Below, one piece after another: positions 39,340 to 51,897 of a stretch of 64,000 bases of DNA. Within the stretch, counting starts at the first letter, position 1; every line of letters starts with the position of its first letter. The position numbers and the translations under genes are program-made. Source of the stretch: Eledone cirrhosa (lineage: Eukaryota). The stretch covers positions 61,504,001-61,568,000 of the forward strand of contig OZ024744.1 of NCBI GenBank assembly GCA_964016885.1, in the 5' to 3' direction. Under the pieces are notes generated by a model, which saw only the letters and a program-made list of their open reading frames with translations, was not told where the DNA came from and ran no database searches.

Positions 39340-39470
39340 ATTGCACCCAATCTATGTAAAGTGGTTGGTGTTAGGAGGGGCATCCAGCTACAGAAACCAT
39401 ACTCAAATATGACACATACAATGATGATGATGATGGTTGAGGTGGTGGGGTGATGATGACGATGATGTTA
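39340..39470 (+). mobile_element. Decayed SINE/RTE-tail fragment
   Basis: gtaaagtggttggtgttaggaggggcatccagc..(gat)n. Confidence 0.55.
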
Positions 39471-40153
39471 AAACCTCTAGTTTATCAGATAGTTGATCAA
39501 ATGATGACTGGTTGTGATCTGCTCATCCAAACTTCCAGGTATTCTCTACAATCACCAAGTTGAGGATCATACTGGTAACTACAACATATAGTAATTTATT
39601 ATACTAGAATTTTTTTCCATACACTCACGTGTATGTGTATATGTGTGTGTGTATGTGTATGTGCATAGGCATACGTTTATATGTATGAGTATATATATAT
39701 ATATATAATTGCGCAAACACAGACACGCTCCCCCTTCCTTCGTTTTACACACAGATACATTTACGCAGGCAGCAGGCGTAAAGAGAAGGGAGTAGTATGA
39801 GGTAGTCAAACTACTACTCTCTCTCTCTCTTTATGTGTTGTGACAGAATCACAGAAATTTATATATAGATAATGTGTGACTGGTACGGTGTGACTATGTG
39901 ACTCCATGGTGGTGGTTAAGTATGTAGTGATAGCAGTGTTAATGGAGGCTGTCGGTATGTGGGAGTTGGTCTGGAGGTGGAAAGGGTGCTGATAGTGGTC
40001 ATGGTAGGAGAAAAGAACATAAAAAAGAAAGAAGAAAAATAATAATTCAATGTCTTTCCTTTATAAACCTTAACCTTGACAACCTACACTTTCTCTCTTG
40101 TTTTTTTATTTCTCTTTGTCTGTATGTTTCCCTCTCACTTCTTCCCCTCTCTA

Positions 40154-40206
<53 letters not shown>

Positions 40207-40352
40207 GACATTTTGAATTTCAAGTGCCCTGAGTTAGCTCCAGTTCCACTTTCTCTCTTCCTTCTCCCTCCCTCTCTCTCTTTCTCTTTCTTTCTCTCTC
40301 TATATATATAAAGATTGCAGCAAAAAAAGTTGAGGCAGTATCTATCTATCTC

Positions 40353-40444
<92 letters not shown>

Positions 40445-40635
40445 GAGGTTATATTTAACTTGTTGGGATTCAACAAGCTTAAATTTTTTATAACTGATAT
40501 AAAGCACTCAACAGATTATAGTGGAATAAATATACAATATATAATATACAATATAATATACATATATATATATAGATTTATATTATATTGTATATTATAC
40601 TCATATATTGTATATTTACTCCACTATGTTATTGC

Positions 40636-40671
<36 letters not shown>

Positions 40672-40694
40672 GCAATAATTTGATATTCTCCTTT

Positions 40695-43600
40695 CACAAT
40701 GTAAAGTGGTAATCCTGAAGTCACGACAAAAAGCACTCAGCCCACACTGTAAAGTGGTCATGTAGGTGTCATGACAAAAAGCACCCAGCCCACAATGTAA
40801 AGTGGTCATGCAGGTATCACAATAAAAAGCACTCAGCCCACACTGTAAAGTGGTCATGTAGGTGTCATGACAAAAAGCACCCAGCCCACAATGTAAAGTG
40901 GTCATGCAGGTATCACAATAAAAAGCACTCAGCCCACACTGTAAAGTGGTCATGTAGGTGTCATGACAAAAAGCACCCAGCCCACAATGTAAAGTGGTCA
41001 TGCAGGTATCACAATAAAAAGCACTCAGCCCACACTGTAAAGTGGTCATGTAGGTGTCATGACAAAAAGCACCCAGCCCACAATGTAAAGTGGTCATGCA
41101 GGTATCACAATAAAAAGCACTCAGCCCACACTGTAAAGTGGTCATGTAGGTGTCATGACAAAAAGCACCCAGCCCACAATGTAAAGTGGTCATGCAGGTA
41201 TCACAATAAAAAGCACTCAGCCCACACTGTAAAGTGGTCATGTAGGTGTCATGACAAAAAGCACCCAGCCCACAATGTAAAGTGGTCATGCAGGTATCAC
41301 AACAAAAAGCACTCAGCCCACACTGTAAAGTGGTCATGTAGGTGTCATGACAAAAAGCACCCAGCCCACAATGTAAAGTGGTCATGCAGGTATCACAACA
41401 AAAAGCACTCAGCCCACACTGTAAAGTTGTCGTGTAGGTGTCATGACAAAAAGTACCCAGCCCACAATGTAAAGTGGTCATGCAGGTATCACAACAAAAA
41501 GCACTCAGCCCACACTGTAAAGTGGTCATGTAGGTGTCATGACAAAAAGCACCCAGCCCACAATGTAAAGTGGTCATGCAGGTATCACAACAAAAAGCAC
41601 TCAGCCCACACCGTAAAGTGGTCATGTAGGTGTCATGACAAAAATCACCCAGCCCACAATGTAAAGTGGTCATGCAGGTATCACAACAAAAAGCACTCAG
41701 CCCACACTGTAAAGTGGTATGTAGGTGTCATGACAAAAACACCCAGCCCACAATGTAAAGTGGTCATGCAGGTATCACAACAAAAAGCACTCAGCCCACA
41801 CTGTAAAGTGGTCATGTAGGTGTCATGACAAAAAGCACCCAGTCCACACTGTAAAGTGGTCATGTAGGTGTCATGACAAAAAGCACCCAGCCCACAATGT
41901 AAAGTGGTCATGCAGGTATCACAACAAAAAGCACTCAGCCCACACTGTAAAATGGTCATGTAGGTGTCATGACAAAAAGCACCCAGCCCACAATGTAAAG
42001 TGGTCATGCAAGTATCACAACAAAAAGCACTCAGCCCACACTGTAAAATGGTCATGTAGGTGTCATGACAAAAAGCACCCAGCCCACAATGTAAAGTGGT
42101 CATGTAGGTATCACAACAAAAAGCACTCAGCCCACACTGTAAAGTGGTCATGTAGGTGTCATGACAAAAAGCACCCAGCCCACAATGTAAAGTGGTCATG
42201 CAGGTATCACAACAAAAAGCACTCAGCCCACACTGTAAAGTGGTCATGTAGGTGTCATGACAAAAAGCACCCAGCCCACAATGTAAAGTGGTCATGCAGG
42301 TATCACAACAAAAAGCACTCAGCCCACACTGTAAAGTTGTCATGTAGGTGTCATGACAAAAAGCACCCAGTCCACAATATAAAGTGGTCATGCAGGTATC
42401 ACAACAAAAAGCACTCAGCCCACACTGTAAAATGGTCATGTAGGTGTCATGACAAAAAGCACCCAGCCCACAATGTAAAGTGGTCATGCAGGTATCACAA
42501 CAAAAAGCACTCAGCCCACACTGTAAAGTGGTCATGTAGGTGTCATGACAAAAAGCACCCAGCCCACAATGTAAACTGGTCATGCAAGTATCACAACAAA
42601 AAGCACTCAGCCCACACTGTAAAATGGTCATGTAGGTGTCATGACAAAAAGCTCCCAGTCCACAATGTAAAGTGGTCATGCAGGTATCACAACAAAAAGC
42701 ACTCAGCCCACACTGTAAAGTGGTCATGTAGGTGTCATGACAAAAAGCACCCAGTCCACAATGTAAAGTGGTCATGCAGGTATCACAACAAAAAGCACTC
42801 AGCCCACACTGTAAAATGGTCATGTAGGTGTCATGACAAAAAGCACCCAGCCCACAATGTAAAGTGGTCATGCAGGTATCACAACAAAAAGCACTCAGCC
42901 CACACTGTAAAGTGGTCATGTAGGTGTCATGACAAAAAGCACCCAGCCCACAATGTAAAGTGGTCATGCAGGTATCACAACAAAAAGCACTCAGCCCACA
43001 CTGTAAAATGGTCATGTAGGTGTCATGACAAAAAGCACCCAGCCCACAATGTAAAGTGGTCATGCAGGTATCACAACAAAAAGCACTCAGCCCACACTGT
43101 AAAGTGGTCATGTAGGTGTCATGACAAAAAGCACCCAGCCCACAATGTAAAGTGGTCATGCAGGTATCACAACAAAAAGCACTCAGCCCACACTGTATAG
43201 TGGTCGTGTAGGTGTCATGACAAAAAGCACCCAGCCCACAATGTAAAGTGGTCATGCAGGTATCACAACAAAAAGCACTCAGCCCACACCGTAAAGTGGT
43301 CATGTAGGTGTCATGACAAAAACACCCAGCCCACAATGTAACGTGGTCATGCAGGTATCACAACAAAAAGCACCCAGCCCACACTGTAAAGTGGTCATGT
43401 AGGTGTCATGACAAAAAGCACCCAGCCCACAATGTAAAGTGGTCATGTAGGTGTCATGACAAAAAGCACCCAGCCCACAATGTAAACTGGTCATGCAAGT
43501 ATCACAACAAAAAGCACTCAGCCCACACTGTAAAATGGTCATGTAGGTGTCATGACAAAAAGCTCCCAGTCCACAATGTAAAGTGGTCATGCAGGTATCA

Positions 43601-43820
43601 CAACAAAAAGCACTCAGCCCACACTGTAAAATGGTCATGTAGGTGTCATGACAAAAAGCACCCAGTCCACACTGTAAAGTGGTCATGTAGGTGTCATGAC
43701 AAAAAGCACCCAGCCCCAATGTAAAGTGGTCATGTAGGTGTCATGACAAAAAGCACCCACCACACTGTAAAGTGGTCATGTAGGTGTCATGACAAAAAGC
43801 ACCCACCACACACTGTAAAT
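40695..43820 (+). repeat. Minisatellite array of ~65 x 48-bp units arranged mostly as a 96-bp A/B dimer
   Basis: A: cccacactgtaaagtggtcatgtaggtgtcatgacaaaaagcacccag; B: cccacaatgtaaagtggtcatgcaggtatcacaacaaaaagcactcag; count estimated as length/48. Confidence 0.97.
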
Positions 43821-43950
43821 GTGGTTGGTGTTAGAAAGGGCATCCATGTAGAAACCAAGCCAAAATCAGTTCTTTGACCTGAATCTCTCACAATGGGACA
43901 GCCCGTCTTACCCATGCTAGCATGGAAAATGGACGTTAAACGATGATGAT
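43821..43950 (+). mobile_element. SINE/RTE tail terminating the array
   Basis: gtggttggtgttagaaagggcatcc..cccatgctagcatggaaaatggacgttaaacgatgatgat. Confidence 0.85.
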
Positions 43951-44277
43951 AATATATGTGTTTATCGTTATTGTGTATGATCCCTGCCTTCGGTTGTTTT
44001 TCTTGGTGTCATATTTTTTAACTGTTGTGTTTTCTGTGGATGATAATGTATTAACTTCTTACTCCATTAAGTGCTTTGTAATAGCCTCAAACAATTCGAA
44101 TAGTACCTGCTATATGGCACTTACAACGTCGATTTATACATATATACACTCTCAGGTCCCAAATAATAGGCGGGGTGAAATAAACGGCGGGGGAGGGGGT
44201 AATTGTATAATGTACATTCGTAACTATGGGATATCTTGTAATGTTCTTTTTTTGTCATGTAAAATGTTTTTTATAAT

Positions 44278-45185
44278 CTATATAGATAAAACTGAGGATG
44301 TCTGTCTGTGTGTGAGTGAGTTTGAATCCCTAAAACTCGAGAACCACCCAACCGACTGTTTTCAAACTTTACACATGTAATACTTATGTTTCAGGTAGTG
44401 TTCTGAGCAAAAGAAATTCCAAATTTTCTATGCCCCAGAGACCACATTAGGCGATTTAGCGATCTCACGCTATAATTCTTAGTTTTTCTCTTCTTAGATA
44501 GAATCATACTTATAACGTCACGCCCTTATAATATCTGTCTGTATGTCTGGCTGTCTGCATTACTTCACTTCCCTGAGGATGACTGTGTGTGTGTGTGAGT
44601 TTGAATCCCTAAAACTCGAGAAGTACCCAATCGATTTTTTTCAAACTTAACATGTGTATTACTTGTGTTTCAGGGAGTGTTATGCACATAAATTCAACTT
44701 TTTTTAATCTCCTAGGGCCCGCATTAAGTGAAAAACTGCGTTGTTTAACATTTTTAGAGGTTTTTTGAGGCGTTACGTCAGGCCGATTTCCTTGAAATTG
44801 TAACTATGTATTAGTCAGTCTCTTCTTCATACCGTAAGCAAAGAAAATCCAACTTTCTTATGGCCTAGGGCCCGCATTAGGTGAAAAACTTCATTTTTTC
44901 AGCTTCTTAGGGCTTTTTGGAGGCGTTACGTCTAGCCGATTTTCCCGAAATTTCAAGGCATATAATGCACATAAAAAAAATTCATTTTCTTGATCCCCTA
45001 GGGCCCGCATTAGGTGAAAACCTGCATTTTTCCTGCTTCGTCGAGGAAAATCTTAAAGATTATCCAGCCATCAGAGTATTCGGTTTATTTTCTTTACATA
45101 TTGTCCAGGCATGCAGTTTTTAGGCCTATTGGCGGCCCGCATTCCAAAATACCTTATCCCGTGCAATGCCCGGTACCACTGCTAG
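44278..45185 (+). mobile_element. Non-autonomous Helitron-like element, apparently complete
   Basis: 5' TC(TATATAGATAAAACTGAG), internal tandem subrepeats, 3' hairpin cccgtgcaatgcccgg..CTAG; inserted between A and T. Confidence 0.8.
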
Positions 45186-45481
45186 TGTAAAATAAAATAA
45201 TTATTAGATTCTCCAGTTGCTGTATCAATATGAACCACTTACAATAAATTTTGCCAGGGATAGATTAGCAAAATTTAATAAGCAGGGCTGGTTGGAAAAA
45301 AATCTGAAAAATTAGGAAGTGATTGATAAAGAGAATGAGAAACAGAGAAGACAAGATATTTGAGACAGAGAAGAAGTAATAGGAAGATAGATAAGAATTA
45401 AAAAAAAATAGAAGGAAAGTAGGTAAGAGAAAAGCACATGTTAGTTAACCATCTATCTACCTATCTGTCTGCCTATTATTA

Positions 45482-45641
<160 letters not shown>

Positions 45642-45749
45642 GTATGTAAAAGGTAAACAGAAATAACAACACAATTGGTACATGGCAGGGATATATTAGG
45701 TTAATGCTTGATATAGTAGGAAGAGGGTCTTAACGTTTCCGATGAGGGA

Positions 45750-46080
45750 AACCCCTGCAGTCACGAATGACCATGGGATTTGGAACCAGAAAGTTCTTCT
45801 CTGAGGCACAAGTCTGAGCAAGGTTGTTTTGTAGAAGACCACTAGTCACCCATGCATACCAGTCTCCCCTCTCTACACCACTAATGTTGTCCAAGGGAAA
45901 GGCAATGGCTGATACAGCTTGACACCAGTGATGTTGCAACTCATTTCTACAGCTGAGTAAACTGGAACAATGTGAAATAAAGTATCTTGCTCAAGGACAC
46001 AACACATCCCCCAGTTTGGGAATCAAATTCACAAACTCATGATTGCTAACCAAATGCTCTAACCACAATGTCATGTGTCT
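45750..46080 (-). mobile_element. tRNA-derived CORE-type SINE
   Basis: Minus strand: tRNA-like head, then tgttgtgtccttgagcaagatactttatttcacattgttccagtttactcagctgtagaaatgag (CORE-like domain); tail differs from 56899 and 60437. Confidence 0.7.
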
Positions 46081-46089
46081 TATATATAT

Positions 46090-46312
46090 ATCATCATCGT
46101 TGTCATCGTTTTAACATCTGCTTTCCCTGCTAGCCAGGGTTGGACTGGTCTACATAGACCAAGTCAGTATTGAAGTGAGGCTTCTTATCTCCCAGACAGA
46201 CAAAAGATCTGTGTCCCACTTATGAACAGTCTTGTGTTCTACTGAGTGCAAAGGAGAAGTTGTCATGTCTTTAGCACAACTGAGGATCTTCCCAATACTT
46301 TGTTTGGCAAGA
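46090..46312 (-). mobile_element. SINE/RTE-tail fragment
   Basis: Homologous to 611-960 and 4960-5183. Confidence 0.65.
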
Positions 46313-48510
46313 CAGAAGGTGTATAAATATAGCTTTAGAAAGGCTCTACAGAATGTATATAATAAGAGGGGAGATATGTTAGATACATATGACATAGAGG
46401 ACAATTGGAAATTCTTACATGACAACCTACAGCGATCTACTGATGAGACTTGTGGCTCGAGCAAAGCACCAACCAGATAGAGGGTCACTTGTAGAGGAAC
46501 AGTACAGTGGATAGAACCATTAAGGCCACAAGACAAGTGTACTAAGACTGAAAAAATAGGGGTAACAGAAACCAGGACCAAGTAGCTAAGAGAGAAGCTA
46601 GATGACAGGCATACATAGCTCAGAAAGAGGCTAAAAAAAGAAAGTTTCCCAATATCTTTCAATGTGAGGATCAGAGACATAAAGTGTTCCGCATTGCAAG
46701 TCAGTGTGTCAGTGTGAATCAAGATGTTGTTGAGTGTGTTAGAAATGACACTGGTGCACTTAACACTACTGATGCTCAAAAGAAAGAGGCCTGGAAATGT
46801 TACTATGAGAGACTGATGAATGTAGAGAATGAATGGGAGAAAGAGAGACTACCCGTAACTTACCCAACAGAGGGAGCAGTTATTGAAATTGACAGTTATA
46901 GGGTTAAAGAAGCAATCAAGGAGATAAAGAATGGTAGAAGTGTAGGACCATCAGAAATAGTTGCTGAGATGCTAAAAGCATTGGGAGAGGTAGAAATCAA
47001 ACTAGTAACCAGTATAGTAAATCAAGTAATACGTGATGGTGTCATAACCAATGACTAGGGCAGCAGTACACTCATAAATTGTTACCAGGCCAAAGGTGAT
47101 GCTCTAGAAAGGAGCAACTATAGAGGAATAAAACTAATGGACCAAGTTACAAAAGTGATGGAAAGAGTTAATTAAGAGAAGGGTCAAATTAGATGAGATG
47201 CAGTTTGGTTTCATGCCTAGGAAAAGTACTACAGATGCCCTCTTCTTAGTGAGGCAACTGCAAGAGAAGTTCCCTGCCAAAAATAAACCACTATATTTAG
47301 GCCTTTGACAAAGTGATTTGATCTGTTATCTGGTGGTCTTTAAGGAAATTAGGTGTAAAAGAATAGCTTGTGAGAGCAGTGCAAGCCATGTACGGATGAG
47401 CGGCCAGTAAAGTGAGAGTAGAAAGTGAATTTAGTGAGGAATTGAAGATACAAGTAGGAGTTCATCAGGGTTTGGTTCTTGGCCCACAGCTGTTAATTAA
47501 AGTTCCCCAAGCCATAACAAAGGAGCTTATGATTGGCTGCCCATGGGAACTTCTCTATGCAGATGATCTGGGTCCTTATAATTGAATCCATAAAAGAACT
47601 ATTGTAACAGAATTTAGAATAAAAAGGTCTGAGAGTAAACATAGCCAAAATTAAAGTGCTAGTGAGTAGGAGAGAAGATAGCTCCCTGATTCCTTCAGGA
47701 AAGTGACCCTCTCAATTTGGAGAAAGGGAGTAGGCATAAACTCTATATGATGTATACAATGTAAATCTTTGGGTATACAAGAGATGTAGTGGGATAATGA
47801 GTAGACTAATAGGAAGGAAAGACTTTGTTTGTAGAAGATGCACAGAGGTAATTGATGGGAAGAGCATCAGTGATTTAAACCTTTTCCAATCACAGAAAGG
47901 ACCTATAGAAGTGGTTGATAGCTTCTGCTACATAGGGAACCTAATTAGCAGTGGATGAGGGTATCCGGAGAGCATAATGGCTACGCCCTCTGTTGACACC
48001 AAAAGGTTTCTCCCTCTGCGTTTGAAGTGTAACATAGGCTGTGAATGGAAGTGAAACATAGGCTGTGACTGTAGAAAAGATGTGTTGGCTAGAGAGAAAT
48101 GAAGTAACCTTGCTCTATTGGATGTGCAATGTAAATATGAGAGAGTGGCAAAGCTTGGATGAACTGAGGGAGAAATCGGGTTTAAGAAGAATCAGAAGTG
48201 GTGTGCAAGAGAGAAGGTTGCATTTGGTATGGGCATGTGAAACACATGGATAATGATCATTGTGTGAAGAAGTGCCAATAAATCCCAATGGAAGGTAGCA
48301 GCAGTAGAGGTAGACTAAGGTATTTTGGGGCAAAGGTGGTGAGAGCTGATCTCAAATTGATGAGACCCATAGAGGAAATGGTGAAGGAACACTACAAGTG
48401 TAGAAGATAATGTATGAGAAGGACCCGGTCAGCCCATGCAAGCATGGTAAAATGGACATAGAAATAACGACGACGACGACAGTGATGATGATGACGATGA
48501 TAATGATGAT
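46313..48510 (+). mobile_element. Heavily decayed RTE LINE family B
   Basis: Collinear with 32380-34600 (KEAWKCYYERLMNVENEW, NYRGIKL, LLYADDL); (GAT)n-like tail. Confidence 0.88.
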
Positions 48511-48635
48511 ATGTGTGTGTAAGATGACTGACTGAATACACACGTGTTTTTTTCTCCCCTTTCTTTCCTCTTTTTTCCAACCGTTCTTTCCTCTTATCAC
48601 TCTTTACTTTCTATTTATTTTCTATCTCTAACTCT

Positions 48636-48673
48636 ATCTTCTGATGAAAGACTAGTGTCCATAACGTTAAGAT
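48636..48673 (+). ncRNA. Degenerate minimal hammerhead (family E)
   Basis: aucuu-CUGAUGA-aa.gac(uagu)guc.c-AUAA-cg-UU-aagau; the paralogue at 45691-45741 (minus) retains GAAA-cg-UU-aagac. Confidence 0.55.
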
Positions 48674-48720
48674 TCTCTTCCTGCTATTTCAAGCATTAAA
48701 TTAATATATTTCTTACATAC

Positions 48721-51700
48721 GAGAGGTGGGGAGAATGAGCACCCCAGTCGGACGAACATATCGTTAACAGACCCAAGCAATGGACAACAGACTATGAGCA
48801 AGAAGTGTACATGCGGTAAAGTCTGCAAGAACATCCATGGCCTAAAGATACACCGAGCGAGGATGAAGTGCCCGTTGGGAGCAGAAACATCACATCGCAC
48901 AGATGTCCAACCTGGTGAGACGCAGGAGGAGCCAGGCCCGGAGTCACCCCATAGTGCCCAGAACCTCCAAGTGGTGGAAACTAATCCCTTGAGCATCAAC
49001 TCTGACAGGAGGTGGATCAAATGGCCAGCAGCTAGCATGACCTCCCTGTGGAAGCAGTTCGATGATGATGTCGACCAAATTCTGGAGGCAACTATAAAGG
49101 GAGGGGCTGACAGGAGGCTAAAAGCTATGACAACAATCATTGTGAGTTTTGCAGCTGGTCGATTCGGCGAGGAGGAGAGGAAAAGCTCCGGAACAACTTA
49201 CTCGAAGAATCAAAGAGCTGTTAGGATCCATATCATCCAGAAGGATATGAAGGCACTGAAGTCCCAATACAAGAAAGCCAGAGATGAGGAACGCATTGGC
49301 CTGGCCCAGCTAATGTGCAGCCTATGGAAAAAGATCAGGGTTCTCTGCCAGGCTGAATGGCACCGAAGGCGGTGCCGTGAGAGGGCGCGCAAGCGTGCTG
49401 CCTTTATCTCCAATGCCTTCAAGTTCACTAAGGATTTGTTGGGGCAGAATGGTAGTGGTACAATTGCCTCCTCGCAGGAAGATATAAACCGGCATCTGAA
49501 GAAGACGTACAGCGACCCCGCAAGAGAGCAGGAGTTGGGAGAGTGTAACATCCTCATAGACCCCCCCCCCCCCCTGAATCAGAGGTGCAGTTTGACATGA
49601 CAGAGCGGCAGCTAAAGGAAGTCGGGGAGGTTGTCCGCAGAGCAAGGGCAAGTTCTTCTCCAGGACCAAGTGGCACTTCATACAAAGTGTATAAGAACTG
49701 TCCCAAACTTCTGCTGCGTCTGTGGAAAATCCTGCGAGTCTTCTGGAGAAGAAGGAGGATCCCAGAACAATGGAGAGTAGCTGAGGGGGTGTGGATCCCG
49801 GAGGAGGAAAACTCCACCCAAATAGACCAATTCCGCATCATCTCCCTGCTGTGTGTGGAGGCAAAGATCTTCTTCAGCATTGTTTCCAAATGGCTGTGTG
49901 CCTACCTGGGTCAGAACTCCTACATCGATACATCTGTACAGAAGGGTGGCATTTCGGGAATACCAGGCTGTCTGGAGCATACCGGTGTGGTAACAGAGCT
50001 GATTCGAGAGGCAAGATAGAACAGGGGTAACCTGTCTGTGCTGTGGCTTGACCTGGCAAATGCATTCGGCTCCATTCCACATAAGCTGGTACAGTTCACG
50101 TGTCAAAACATCATGTCCCAAGCAGGTGTAGAGACCTCAACACTGATTACTACACCAATTTCAGGATGAGGGTCTCTTCGGGAGCAATAATGTCACGCTG
50201 GCACAAGGTGGAAATCGGCATCATCACAGGATGCACTATCTCTGTGACACTATTCTCCCTAGCCATGAACATGATTACCAAGTCTGCTGAGCCAGAGTGC
50301 AGAGGGCCCCTATCGAAATCTGGACAAAGGCAACCACCCATTAGGGCATTCATGGATGACCTCACAGTCATGACAGAATCAGCCCCAGGCTGCCAGTGGA
50401 TTCTGCAGGGACTCGAAAAGGTGATGGAGTGGGCCTGGATGTGTTTCAAACCAACCAAATCAAGATCTATGGTGCTGAGGAAAGGGAAGGTGGAGGACAA
50501 GTTCCGGTTTAACATCTCAGGAACAGCCATTCCAACAATCACAGAGAAGCCAGTCAAGAGCTAGAGAAGTGGTCCAGTACAGGGACTCTTGTGATCCGAA
50601 GGGTGCTAAAGCAGGGATCGAAGTGAGGACTGGTAGGAAGTGGAAGGCAGACGACGCAGTTCAAGAGGCAGAGGCAAGGCTGTGCCAAAGGAGACTTGTG
50701 GGAGTGGTCACACGAGGCAGAGCTGGGCTAGGCTCCTTTCCGACTCCCCAAACGAACACCAGTGGGAAGGAAGGGCGCCGCTTTGTCCAGGAGGAGGTGA
50801 GAGCTGCGGTGGAGGAAATGAGAACTTGCAAGGCAGTAGGAATGAAGCAACAGGGAGCTTGGACAAGATGGGAGAATGCGGTTGAGAGGAAAGTGACGTG
50901 AGCTGAGCTGTGGAATGCCTCACCGTATTAAATTCCTCATCTAGGCAGTGTATGATGTGCTTCCAAGCCCATGAAACTTGCACACATGGGGCATAGCAGA
51001 GACACCAGCATGTGCATTGTGCTCCAAGCGAGAAGCCCTGGAACACATCCTCAGCTGCTGCACAGGGGCACTTGGAGAAGGACGGTACTGCTAGAGGCAT
51101 GACCAAGTCCTTAAGACCATCGCTGAAGCCATCAGCGCAGGAATTGTGTGGCCAATGCGGTTCCGACCCTCCAAGAAAACCATCACCTTTGTCAGAGCTG
51201 GGGAGCAGCCAACCCTTGCCAGGAAAACATTGGCAGGCTTCCTAACATCTGCAAGAGACTGGCAGCTATTGGTGGATCTTGAGCGTCAGTTGAAGTTCCC
51301 TAGCCACATTGCGGTTACCACTCTGCGACCAGACATTGTCCTTGTGTCTGAGTCCACCAAGCAAGTAGTGCTGCTGGAGTTGACTGTCCCATGGAAAGAT
51401 CGCCTGGAAGAAGCCTTTGAGAGAAAGCTCTCCAAGTACACGGTTCTGGTCAGTGACTGTCAGCGGGCTGGTTGGAGAGCGAGGTGTCTCCCAGTGGAGG
51501 TTGGATGCAGGGGTTTTGCAGCCCGTTCCCTGACCAGAGCCTTCAGCAGTTTGGGTATCGAGGGAGTGAGAAGGAGGAAGGCCATCCGCAGTACCACCGA
51601 TGCAGCAGAGAGGGCCTCAAGATGGCTGTGGATCAAAAGAGGAGAGCCATGGAGTCATGGTAGCTAGCTGGCCATCTGGACACAAGCTGGGGTCTGATCA

Positions 51701-51820
51701 GCCCCAGCTGGGTCACCTGGAGAAGGGTGTATGATGTTAAAAGACCCGAAACACTCGATGATACCAGGCACATCACTGAAGATGTGTCCAGATGCATCAG
51801 TCATAGATGTATGCACACAA
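48721..51820 (+). mobile_element. HERO-like (R2 superfamily) non-LTR retrotransposon, frameshifted and internally deleted
   Basis: N-terminal CTCGKVCKNIHGLKIH finger; QKGG..GCLEH; WLDLANAFGSIPH; GIITGCTIS; AFMDD; CALC..HILSCC; RHDQVL; RPDIVL..ELTVPW; PVEVGCRGF; GC-rich relative to flanks. Confidence 0.88.
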
Positions 51821-51897
51821 CATTGTTTGTTTACCTTTTACATATATCTATATTTATCTAAGTGATTATCTGTCTATCTATCAATCTATCTATCTAT

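Noticed and set aside
39798-39820. let-7-like tgaggtagt in a small hairpin
   Set aside because: Only 9 nt match; the rest of the mature sequence and precursor are absent
40624-43719. 349-, 551- and 287-aa Cys/His-rich ORFs (metallothionein-like appearance)
   Set aside because: A by-product of a stop-free 48-bp unit (multiple of 3); frameshifts break the frame, and the unit derives from a retroelement UTR
40695-43820. CRISPR-like array
   Set aside because: No unique spacers, no cas genes, eukaryotic context; it is a pure tandem 48/96-bp repeat
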